DNA of 61,618 bases, the filler included, from Sluysia triapertura (taxonomy: Eukaryota), in assembly GCA_046118255.1 (NCBI GenBank). It is 4 parts of 4 records of this genome, joined end to end, with 100 filler letters (N's around TTAATTAATTAA, not from the genome) between each part and the next. Parts side by side here need not be neighbours in the genome. Positions count along the whole stretch, not along the records: positions 49,846 to 61,618 come from JBJNIA010171924.1; 3 more parts are not named here. One strand, written 5' to 3'. The position numbers and the translations under genes were made by a program. How positions within the stretch are numbered: position 1 is the stretch's first letter; the number at the start of each line of letters is the position of its first letter. Below the pieces are notes generated by a model that saw only the letters and a list, made by a program, of their open reading frames with translations, did not search any database and was not told the DNA's origin. Below are positions 51,026-61,618 of this stretch, piece after piece.

Positions 51026-53583
51026 ATGAACTCAATTCTATCAGTACTTCCTACGCGTCCAAAAAAAGGTGTTGCATATGTAATTTTCCATTGTTTCACT
51101 TTACCTTCGCAATCGAAGTAAGGATTAGTCCAATAGCCATCTTCGTACTTTGGAACACTGTAATACAATGGATAATGGAAATAACGCTCCAATTGGCGAC
51201 CTTCGATACCGGTACGAATCCAAGGTTTTGCTCGGTATCTCTCTAAACCAAATGTATTGGTGCCCCAGCGTTCCTAAAAGTTTTAAAATTCATAATAAAC
51301 ATTAATCACAATCATACAAGCACAGAAATTGGTTGGTGCATAAATTTGTGCGGTTTTATTTGTTGCAAAGGAAACACACTAACTTCTTGGTTTAACTAAT
51401 TTCAGTTATACTCATTTAAATCATTTAGACTAACTTTCACTTTCATTACCCTCATTAAAATGGAGTGTCAGATAGATAAAAATGAAGATTTCCAGCATCT
51501 ATTCCTTTTCTATTTTAATCAAATTTTCATCGTTTCCGCCCCGTGTCAAACCATCTTTCTGGTCAAATATTTAAAAACGAAGAAGCAATAACAACCTGGA
51601 CCAAAAATCATCAAGTTTCTTCAAACGTGGGATTGACGGTGAATATCTCACCGATTGAGAGACTGAGATTTAATAAATTAATTTTTGTTATCTGGAATTT
51701 TTTGCATGGTTTTTATTCTTGATCAGTATGTATTTTTCACAATTGTAAAAAACCGCACGATCTTATGCACTAACTCATTATTATAAGAATGTATAAGTTT
51801 AATATGATGATAATCGAAAAATCACTTTAAAATATGATTAAAGTAAAAAAAAACTAGTAATGACCTTGAGTACTCGAAACCACTTTTTCTCTGTATAAGG
51901 TGCATACTTATCAATTCCCAAATCGTATATATTGAAAGCTTGATTAACTTCACCTTTGTGAGCGTACGCACCGAACAAATTCGGTCTACTGCCGCTTTCG
52001 TCTTGAAATTTCTGGTAATCATAAAAGACACCACTGGATAAAATGTGCGGATCAGAAGCTGTATTGGCAATTACTTCTCCGAATATGTGATCTTTAATGA
52101 GCGGTTGGCCAAGCTAAACAAAACAAGACATATTTAAGTATTTAGGGTTTTGTAATGGGTTTAAACACCTGACTTAAGAAATCGGATATTGGCAGCTAGA
52201 AGATTACAAAATTGCAAATAGTTGCACGCTATGATTTCGAGATCTTCGACGTACTATAAAAATGTAAATGTTCGTTTGTTCAGAATCTTAAATCTCTGAA
52301 AGTTCTTCACGGATTGCTTTGAATACGCATGAGTTTGTGCTTACAAATCGTGAACAAGGTTCTCAATCACCGAATAGATCTGCTTCGTTCGATGTAGTGT
52401 GCGCGATCAAATAATGGACAAATCTTCTTAGATATACCAGATCGATTCGATTCAAAATTACATAATCTGAACTCTTGAGTCATCTGGAATAGCTGCGACA
52501 CTGCTCATTCATTGAACCGCATTGACTATTCAATTCATTGAAATTCTCGCACATATTTACAAAGCATCCAGAATAAGAAAAGTATTACAAAAATGCACAA
52601 TGATGTAAAAAATTGCCGGAGGCTTCTGAACGATCATTACAAGATATGCGTGGAAACATCAGACCATCAAACAATATTGCACTGCCTGAAATACTCAAAT
52701 TTGTGGTGACGTTAAAATTAATTATAAACATGCATGTTCAGCTACAAAACGATCAATCAGATGAAATACTGCCGGAAATTAGGAACTGGAAGGTGCTACT
52801 TGATCTGATTTTAGGACGAATTTCACTGATTCGTAATTTCTGTAATGTAGTGACGTCAAAATAAGAAATGGCTGTGTGGACGAACTATTCTTGCGACCAA
52901 GAACAAAGACGTCTAACATTCAAAGCATGACAATCACATACAAGTCCATCGACACTGACACGAAAGCAAAATTATCCAACAGAATTTTTTAATTCACTCG
53001 CTCTGTCAGGAATAGCACCTGACCGACCAGCCAATGAGCAACGTCGCAGAAGCAACAATATTGACAAGACCTTTCAAAGGTGAATATGTCCTTATTCCTC
53101 GCTTGATTCAAATGGCGACGCAACAAAGCTCAGGGCTAATTGTGCGGTTTAAGTATGGACATTCTCTCCATCTTCACAAACAGTGGAACAATAGAAATAT
53201 TGCATACGCACAAGTATTGCAAAATTAAACATATTAGAAAATTGAGTTTCTCTTATTTCTCTTTTCCATTTAACCAGACTGAGTGTAGCTGGTCTTGTAA
53301 TATAAAGAATCTCATCCATAAATCAATAATTAACCAATTCGACCTTGGATTATTATCAAGAAACAAAATCACTAACTCTTAAGTTGCCATATTCTTCATT
53401 TTTTACATGATTTTGATAATATGAACTCAAAAAATGAGCCAATCGTAATGCTATTCGACCTTGAACTTCGAAAACCTTTTCCGAACCATAACCAACTTCT
53501 CCTGGTAACTCTAATTTATCTTTTGTGAAAGATTTGCATGATAAATGAGACACACTTTTGTACAGTTGCAGTAACTCCATCAC
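51026..53583 (-). CDS. GPR158/GPR179-like (class C orphan) receptor, extracellular Cache-domain exons; partial
   Basis: Exons 53583-53377, 52113-51865 (absent from the ORF track) and 51273-51026 splice in frame. They give LPGEVGYGSEKVFEVQGRIALRLAHFLS...FGEVIAN..SD..ILSSGVFYD...LFGAYAHK...KWFRVLKERWGTNTFGL...DGYWTNPYFDCEG..KQWKITYATPFFG. Confidence 0.85.
51328..51779 (+). mobile_element. mariner-derived non-autonomous element in intron
   Basis: Imperfect TIRs TTGGTTGGTGCATAAATTTGTGCGGTTTT / AAAACCGCACGATCTTATGCACTAACTCA; C-terminal remnant FFKRGI. Confidence 0.75.
52150..53300 (+). mobile_element. Helitron (PIF1 helicase) relic in intron
   Basis: Fragments ILATKNKDV, PTEFFNSL, EATILTRPFKGEYVLIPR, NKAQG and RNIAYAQVL. 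A short 3' hairpin (ccag..ctgg) is followed by a CTTGT terminus. Confidence 0.8.
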
Positions 53584-54544
53584 CTAAATAAATGTGCGAT
53601 ATAAATACTCATAAAATATACTCATAAATTTATGTTGAATTAAATTCATAGTATAAAATAATTATTATAGAATAACTTTAGAAATTACTAATATTACTCT
53701 TTTATGGCATAGTAAAATTGGAATTACTGAAATAAATATTAATAGAATTTATTAATACTGGAATGAGTATTATGGAATTAACCTACGCCTAAATTGTATG
53801 AAGTTATTCGTTTGCCATTTCTGTTTTGAGTGTTATTGTTTATCTAAGAAAAATACACATAAATAGCCAAACACAACGGGACTACAACAGAACTCGATAT
53901 CCATTATTCTTATTTGAACAAAAAACAAATCATGAATCATACAAATAAATGAAAGTATAAAAGTACTAAAACAAGGGGACACAATTTTCTGTAAATTTGC
54001 AAACGCTGGTTATTCACTGCTGGCGATTACTTAGATTATATTTCTATGTCTCAGAGATAACGGGATCATGCTTATCTGGAACATCTCTCTCATCAGTAAT
54101 TAGTTGGGGGAAATAACCATAACAAATTAAGAAATAAAGTAGAATTTTTGTAAAAACAATTTATTTGTAGCCCTTCTTTTCAAGTTTTTACACTTGTATA
54201 TATTTATGTTGTGGCCTTAAAATGTTTGCAAGTTCTCCACAAGTTGTACTTTATTATTGAAAATAGTATACAAGTACCAACAAGTTATACTATGTATTGC
54301 CACACACACCATTATTATCAGGTTTATATTGTTCGGTTTCTTGAATTTAATTGTGAAGACAAACAACGTAGAAACAGAATTCAACAATAAATTCATTGAA
54401 TAAATTGAAAAGAAAAATAAAACTTGTGTCTTAAATAAGTCCAGAAAAGGGTTAAATAATGCCACTTCCATTCTTACATCAGAATAATTTAAGTAACAGA
54501 ATGAAAAGTCAGCATTAAAAGCGAAATCAAATTAGACTACAAAA

Positions 54545-54613
<69 letters not shown>
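54545..54613. repeat. (AAT)n microsatellite
   Basis: Direct inspection. Confidence 0.95.
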
Positions 54614-54726
54614 TTACATAACAAATATAACAAAAAATATTTTAATTAAATTAATTAAATTAATATTAATTAATCTAAATCAATAATGTATATCTAGCAC
54701 AAATAACTAAACTGATACTACAGTAA

Positions 54727-54958
54727 GATGTGATGATGATAATGATAAAGATGATGATGAAGATGAAGATGAGTATGATGATAAAAATGATGATGATGAT
54801 AATGATGAGGATGATGATAAAGATGATGATTATGATTATGAAAATGAAGATGAGGATGATGATAAAAATGATGAAGATGAGGATGATGATAAAAATGATG
54901 AAGATGATGATTGTGAAGTTGATGATTATAAAGATGATGATAATTCAAACAATGATTA
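54727..54958 (+). repeat. Degenerate (GAT)n tract, open as poly-Asp on + strand
   Basis: gat/gaa/aat/aaa triplets over ~230 bp. The His-rich and Met-rich ORFs in the track are other frames of this repeat. Confidence 0.85.
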
Positions 54959-55154
54959 AATTTGTATCTAGAATTCATATTATAACCGATTTCATTGAAA
55001 GACAATAAAGTAATTAATAAATTAAATGGAAATTTAGATTAAAAACAATAAGCAATATGAAACTATTCACTGATTCGACTTGGAAATTCCTATTAATTCG
55101 TATTTGTAAAAACAATGAATCAGTAAATTAAAAATTAATTCATATTTAGTAATA

Positions 55155-55286
55155 NNNNNNNNNNNNNNNNNNNNNNNNNNNNNNNNNNNNNNNNNNNNNN
55201 NNNNNNNNNNNNNNNNNNNNNNNNNNNNNNNNNNNNNNNNNNNNNNNNNNNNNNNNNNNNNNNNNNNNNNNNNNNNNNNNNNNNNN
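55155..55286. other. Sized assembly gap
   Basis: Run of N. Confidence 0.95.
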
Positions 55287-56129
55287 AAATTTAATTAACA
55301 CTAAAAGAAACAGCCTAAAAGTATTTAGTATTGTCAATAGATTCAAAAAAGCTTACAAATCGAAAATTAAGCATCAAACTCTCAATAAAAAAGTGAAATA
55401 AATTGACCATATTATTACTAAAATAATATTTTTATTAAAATAAATAAGACAAAATAAATTATTAATTTCATCAAAGTTAGTGAGATGATACAACCCCATT
55501 CTTAAATAATTTGGAAATAATAAAAATCCCTGGAAAATTATATCCAGAATTAAATATTTATCAGTAAATATTTACAAAATTTAGGAAAATATCGACATAA
55601 ACACAAAAAATACTTAGAAACATCGTTAAACAAGGGAGAAATACGAAATCATTAACATTTAGTTAGTACTCAAAAACATCTTATATTACTCTAACATCTG
55701 TTAAACAACGAATAGTAACAACCACAAATAAATATTCACTAACAAGGCGGATATAAATAAATAAAGTACATAATTAGAGTTATTATACAGAAAGAAGACA
55801 TAACCAGACGATGATATGCACTGCAATTAACTAGTATATACAGAGAATATAACAAAGGAGACACACAAAGTATTGTAGTATTACATTGGATTATAAACAT
55901 CATTAACAAATTTAAATTTAAAATCAGCATCATCATAAATTTCACTTGTTGAATGAAAATATGACTCACAATAAACACAAAACAATAAGAAGAACTAAAA
56001 AGTACGATCTAACTCTTGGTACACGAACTCTATTATCTGGCTTCATTATTTGGAAAAAATCAGATTTCTATTTTGAACTGGGCCGTACATTTGTGATTGT
56101 TTTGTTCATTGTTATAACTTGATAAAAAT

Positions 56130-59100
56130 TTTATAATATTAATATATAGTCATATTGATTTTCCTCGGATATTGAAAAATAAGATTCAAAAGTAATAAGT
56201 TACACAATCTTAGTTAGCACTTCTACCTGTAACAGCAGAGACGAATATTAACTCGGCCTCCAGGATAAATTTATACTAAGTCATTTAGAGATAAAAAGAA
56301 AAGGTAAAATAAAGTAAATCCAAATAATATATTTACAGAATGTCCAAAAGTAACCAAACCGCAAACTTAAATAAAAATTAGATATAAAAAATTAGATATC
56401 TTCTTTTACGTCATTTTCTTCACTAATATTCATTTCCTTCTGCGAATAGTAGTCTTTGGAATAACTTTGGCTACGTGATCTTATTGATTTTGTTCTGACG
56501 TCATTGTTTGATTTTTGTTCAGCCTGTGCGCTTCTGGACACTCATTTTTAAAAATTCAGCGAATGACTGAATTGGCATGTTAACAGACACAATTGTGTTT
56601 ATTGGGACAGTGAGAATCCCCGTCGTATTATTGAAACGGAAGCCAGTCACAGTCTGGTATGAAATCGACAGCACTGGCTTAGTTGGCCCATTCTTCTTTA
56701 AAGGAACTGTTAATAGTGAACGATATCTTGATATGCTAAAGAGAACACCTGAGCACTACACCAAAGATGTTCATCAATGGCGTGATGAAGCATTTTCTAG
56801 ACGCCGAGAACCAATCGAATTACTTACCAAATCCCCGGATTTCTAAAGGATGCAGTTAATTCTAAAATCTAGAACAATCGATCAACTAAAACAAAGTATT
56901 CAGCATGAATGGAACCAAATTTCCATGGAAACTTGCTAGAAAGTATGTCGCAGTGTTGTCAAAGATGTGCTTGTATTGAAGTTCAAGGTGGACATTTTGA
57001 ACATTTGTAAATACTAAATATATCTATTAAATTTGTCGTTTTTGATATCAAATTTTTATTTAAGTTTGCGGTTCGGTTACTTTATTAACTACTCGGTCCA
57101 ACCATAATTTAAACGTATCATCATCAATACCATATATATGTAATTCTACTTCCAGATATACTAAAAAGTTCTTTCAATTTAGAATCATATTCAGATCTTT
57201 TCATTCAATTCAACACTATGGTTAAATTGAAATCCATTATAAACTAAAAATTATATAATTTTCCATAATGTTTGTATTGTTTAAGATTGATAGATATTTC
57301 AGAACTTATCTTTCCTATCATAGCTTTCATGGACTGCTCCATTTTTAAAAAATATTAAACTGAAAGCACCACCTTAAAACCTTTCATTCCTTTATTCTGT
57401 TATCATTCATCGATATGCTCAATCTAAGCTGAACATATCTTGTTGGGATGCAGGCCTATAGTGCCATGTAGTATAATTGAATATAATAAAAATGATAGCT
57501 CAGTGGTGGATCATTGGAACTGCGCAGCGAAGGTCCTGGGTTCGATCCTCGGTCAGTCCATTTTATGAAGTCTAACATATGGTGAGCCCACATATCGAAT
57601 ACCCTTCTGATGTTGGAGTTAATGATTTATAAGATGTTTGAGGACAAACATAACTGAATTGGGTGATATATGTTTGGATGAAGGCCTAAAGTGCCATGTA
57701 GTATTATTGAATATAATAAAAATGAAATTGATAGCTCAGTGGTAGGGCATTCGAACTGCGTAGCGAAGGTCCCGGGTTCGATTCCCGGTCAGTCCATTTT
57801 ATGAAGTCTAACAAATTATTCTATTACTTCTGCGTATTAAATTTAACTTGGTCATTAGAATTAAATACCGACCAAAAATAAATTATCATCAAATAACTAA
57901 ATTTAAATATGAAAATTAATAAATCATTTATGTGCTGAATAAACAAACCTTATCTAATCGCCAACCTCCGGAGGCACCTATTTTACTGTGAGATACCATG
58001 ATTTTCTTTAGAGAACCCAATGGTTCACTGGTTATCTTAATTAAGTCATTACATTATTATTAACAATTTATTACAGCGTTTTTCATATAATTTAATCCTC
58101 TTGTCAAATGATTTTCATCTGTATTCCTTACACGAAGAATCAGTGATATTCTTTTAAAATTATAATTAAATGATCCCCAATTGTTCTATTTCATTTGCCA
58201 TTCTTACATTTGGCGTATTGTTTTGGTTATGGATTCAATAAATTTATCAATTGTTGTAATATAATGCTTTAAATTATTTGACAAAATGATTAAATTATAT
58301 GAAAAACCTTGTAATTTATATAGTATTAATATCATATTATAAAGTAATTACTCAAAAGCGCTTAGAATGCGTCATTCATTTAAAATATATCTGAAATAGA
58401 AATAACATTGTCTTCTTAAATATTTCACAATCTTCCAGTAATGTGACATTATCTGGTAGCTAGTTATACATTTTTGAAACATGAATGAAATATAACTTGT
58501 TACTGTGGATTCTGTATAAATTATTATTATAACTTAAAGATATATTCATTTTGGTTTCCGAATTTTTATTATATCAAGAAATATTCAGAACTTCCGAAAA
58601 GTAAGCATACTTCTTAATTATTACTCGGAAAATCAATCTTGCATATTGATTCAATATGTCGCAATTTTTTTGTACGGAACTAAGTAAAATATACCTTTAT
58701 TAAAATCTATTGTCACAACGTTATTAATAAATTTTCTAATATTTGACATCCTTTTTAACAATACATTCAATATTTTCTTCTATGTTCATTTATGAATCTA
58801 TATATTTTGTACTTTTTACAATCTATAATTAATTCATTTATTGTGGCTTATTTTTTCTTCATTGATTTTCAAATTTTATTCTCAAACCATTTTATACATT
58901 GAGTTATTAATTTTTAGAGCGAAATAATTCAATTTGAATAAATGAAAAAGAAACACAATTGTAATGAATGTGTGTGTCAATGAAATTTATGTGAATAATG
59001 GTAATGGACTATGGATGTGTCCTACCGAAATGTGATGTGGTAACGCAATCAATAAATTTCCTCATTTTCATTTTTAGTGGAAAAAACAAAATTATCCATA

Positions 59101-59765
59101 GTAAAAATAAAAAACAATATAACACTTCTTTACATGTGGATTGACAAAATACTGACAAAACTCAAATGGTAATTCACTTTATGCGAACATTTACATCATA
59201 GCAATGCTTTTATTCATACTTTTATTCCACTATTCTTTGTCATGCCAATGGTAATGCTGCTTAGTACAAGAGGAACAGTAGTTTCGGGTCACTGGTCAGC
59301 ACCTCGTACAAGAATTAAAGATTCAACACTTCTGAGCGTGAATTTCGTCTAGAAAACATGATATCACTTTGCTAATGCTTCGTATGAAGACAAAAATATT
59401 ACTTGGTTTCGATAGGTGCAACAAGCATTGCATATGGAAATGCATTGTGTTCCGTATTGCGTATGTAAGAAGCATGAAATCATTTGCAGACGACTTAAAT
59501 TATTCATTTTGTTAGCTTTAGAACAAATAACATATACATTTCTTTTAGATAAATCAAAAACTAATAAATTAAATAATTAATAATTATTTCATATAACAAA
59601 CTCGATATTTGTTAACTGAGTCGTTGAAATATTTACTAGGTTCTGAAATCTGATAAATGTTGGACCATTTACCTGACTGACCCAATAACTGCATGTAAAC
59701 CGTTGAGAAATCGTTGGTGTATTTGGAAGAAAAATTCCAAAACATTACATCATATTTGATTTGTT
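56130..59765 (-). CDS. PLAT/LH2-domain exons of a larger gene (partial, possibly pseudogenised)
   Basis: Exon 59765-59602 (YDV.F...VYMQLLGQSGK...F...VNKYR), exon 58035-57949 (ITSEPLGSLKKIMVSHSKIGASGGWRLDK) and an exon from 56226 (VEV...) rebuild the PLAT pattern LG.LKKI.I.H...G...GW.LDKVEV. The third exon has an in-frame TAA. Confidence 0.7.
56336..57096 (+). mobile_element. Tc1/mariner-superfamily transposon deletion relic
   Basis: Imperfect TIRs CAGAATGTCCAAAAGTAACCAAACCGCAAACTTAAA / TTTAAGTTTGCGGTTCGGTTACTTT...CTCGG, TA on the left. Transposase remnants HNCVYW..ENP, VW...GLVGPFFFKGTVNSERYLDML, SPD and GGHFEHL. Confidence 0.85.
57441..57813 (+). mobile_element. Complete TRIM (non-autonomous LTR retroelement, 373 bp) with tRNA-derived Pol III unit in each LTR
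   Basis: LTR1 57441-57577 (TG..CA), PBS TGGTGAGCCCAC starting 2 nt downstream, 93-bp non-coding interior, PPT-like GAATTGGGTGATATA, LTR2 57671-57813 (TG..CA). No TSD visible on this copy. Confidence 0.9.
58330..59500 (+). mobile_element. Decayed piggyBac-like transposase
   Basis: Scattered remnants (MPR..F, K.FM, VD.., KW..., GHW, Cys-rich C-terminus) with many stops; boundaries approximate. Confidence 0.5.
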
Positions 59766-61618
59766 CTATAAAAATTAAATTCTCATTTACTTTCAAAAGA
59801 AAGTCTAGTAGTAAATCTAAAAGCTAAACCAAAATAAAGAGTATTTTGAAAATACTTAGACCTTTTGGAAAGGTCTTTTTCTAAAAATCAATTCGTTTTG
59901 CAAGATATCAAAGTGTCAAAAATGCCATTTTTATTTTTTTCCTAATATTTATACAGTAATCTTCCCTATAACAACGGATTCTAAAATTTCGAAAAAGCTA
60001 CTCATCAAAGTGCCATTATTAGTAAATTGAGGGAGCAAATTATAGCCGCAATTTGGATATCAACTTTATATAAGAAAAATAGTATTATAAAATCGACTTA
60101 AAGTTTAAACGTTTTAAAAGAAAAATAAGGTTTTCCCAAAATATATTGAGGAAATATAATACATTTAATATAATTAAAAACTATTGCAGCTTTAATTTTA
60201 AAATCTAAAATTTTTATCTCTTATACTAAAGACCTTTTCATCTTATTTTATCAATTAACAATGGTGTAAATTTTGTGTAGTAAAGTTTTTGAATTTGTAG
60301 TTTTTTCATTATTTGTTAAAATAGCTCTCATTTCGAGATTAAGATAAAGTACTTACTGTTAATAACCATTAACTTATAAGTTACAGAAGCTCCCACCAAA
60401 CGTCATAAGTCGTTTGCTGTAAACAGACCATGCCCAAAAATAATTTGCCGTAGATTAAGTGTTACAAAAAGCAAAGCAACACTTTAGAAACTATGAAATC
60501 GTGGAACATCGAAATGATCACAGTTATGAAGCCTTACTCAATCCAAACTAATTCGCACATTTTGAAACAACTATATATATAGTGTGTGTGTGTGTGTATG
60601 CAAATATCATTGGAATTTGTGATAATCCAGATCTGAAAACAAAAAATTGATAATTCTTAATGCAACGACAAACTGTAAATCTTTAATCCATCCGCTAGTT
60701 AGTTTTGATAGTGCAGTAGATTGTAATCTTACTGAGGATCTGTATGTATCGATGAATTAAACCTTGTGATTTTAAAATTCTTTTATTCTTTAATTAATCT
60801 GCCACAAATTAATTCACTCAATTAATCACAAAACGAAAACAATTCGTTTTGAAGGTTTATTAATAAAAAGTTGTGCATAGTATTTAAAGGATAGTAGAAC
60901 CAATAAGATAATGAAATAGTAAAGACTTTACAATTAATTCCAAATTTTAGTAATAATTTTCCCCTCAATAAAATTTTTATTACAAGATTTTACGATTTTA
61001 GTATTTGGAGTAAACTCTACCTTAAAAACTTATAAACTTACTAATTTTATAATCCCAATAAAATTAAATGTAATTGTTCAAAATTTCAAATAATTAATAA
61101 AATAACTGAAATGATAAATATAAAACTGTGTTGCTAAATTGTGATTGTTCTTTCAATTGAAGCTAGTTTTTACACTAGTCAGAAACCAGATAGCATTTGC
61201 ACTATCACAATCAAGTTGAATTCTTGAATTTCCCAGAAAATTCTAGAAAATTACGACTTTCTTTTTCAACATTTTGCAATTTCAAGGATTGTGATGACGA
61301 CCTAACAAATATATAGAATTATACATTTGTTGTGATTCTCTCTAAAAATTCAACAATTTTAAAGTTAATTTCTAAACGTGAAGGGTCCATAATTTGCAAT
61401 TTATGTCGTGAAGAAGACGCAATAATAGGATTTCAGTCAAAAACTGCGAGAATTCTTGGTAGAGAATTTAATGATTATGTATACCTCTTTACACTAATTT
61501 AATTTAAAAATATCTTTTGTTATTTCTTATTTTATTTATTCTAAATTAATAACGCTCAGATCATCCTAAACTTGTAACAATTCTTTAAAATAAATTAACT
61601 TCAAAAAATTTATTCACT

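Noticed and set aside
51274-53376. Missing middle exon of the Cache domain
   Set aside because: Found by manual translation at 52113-51865 (minus strand), in phase with both neighbours.
54718-55008. His-rich and Met-rich ORFs
   Set aside because: They are alternative frames of the (GAT)n tract.
56200-56202. TAA reassignment (non-standard nuclear code)
   Set aside because: The conserved exons of KAT5, CCDC40, bestrophin and the GPR158-like gene have no in-frame TAA. In-frame stops occur only in fragments that look decayed or are uncertain.
57441-57813. Ordinary tRNA-SINE dimer or hammerhead retrozyme
   Set aside because: About 50-60 bp of conserved sequence lies upstream of the tRNA part, the ends are TG/CA with PBS and PPT, there is no tail, and no CUGANGA...GAAA core is conserved in both copies.

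Overview
This is very AT-rich animal nuclear DNA from a draft assembly. It has three artificial 100-nt spacers (N44-TTAATTAATTAA-N44) and two sized N-gaps, so gene adjacency across those joins is not reliable. Genes have GT-AG introns, many only 31-46 nt long, which suggests a compact invertebrate genome; an orthonectid-like spiralian is a guess from intron size and gene content only. Recognisable genes are a class A GPCR, the 5' half of Tip60/KAT5, an intronless 497-aa unknown, the RBCK1/HOIL-1 last exon, the 5' part of CCDC40, a bestrophin, a short TBL3/Utp13-like gene, Cache-domain exons of a GPR158/179-like receptor and PLAT-domain exons. There are also decayed USP6NL-like and anoctamin fragments, and many TE relics (piggyBac MITEs, pogo/Tigger, hAT, MULE, Tc1/mariner, Helitron, L2 LINE, Gypsy integrase). 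The main finding is a ~370-bp non-autonomous LTR retroelement (TRIM): LTR - PBS - 93-bp interior - PPT - LTR. Its ~140-160-bp TG...CA LTRs each carry a tRNA-Cys-derived Pol III unit (A box, B box, TTTT). It occurs at 7 loci, and three solo LTRs have exact 4-bp target-site duplications. Coordinates and translations were read by eye; no database searches were run.
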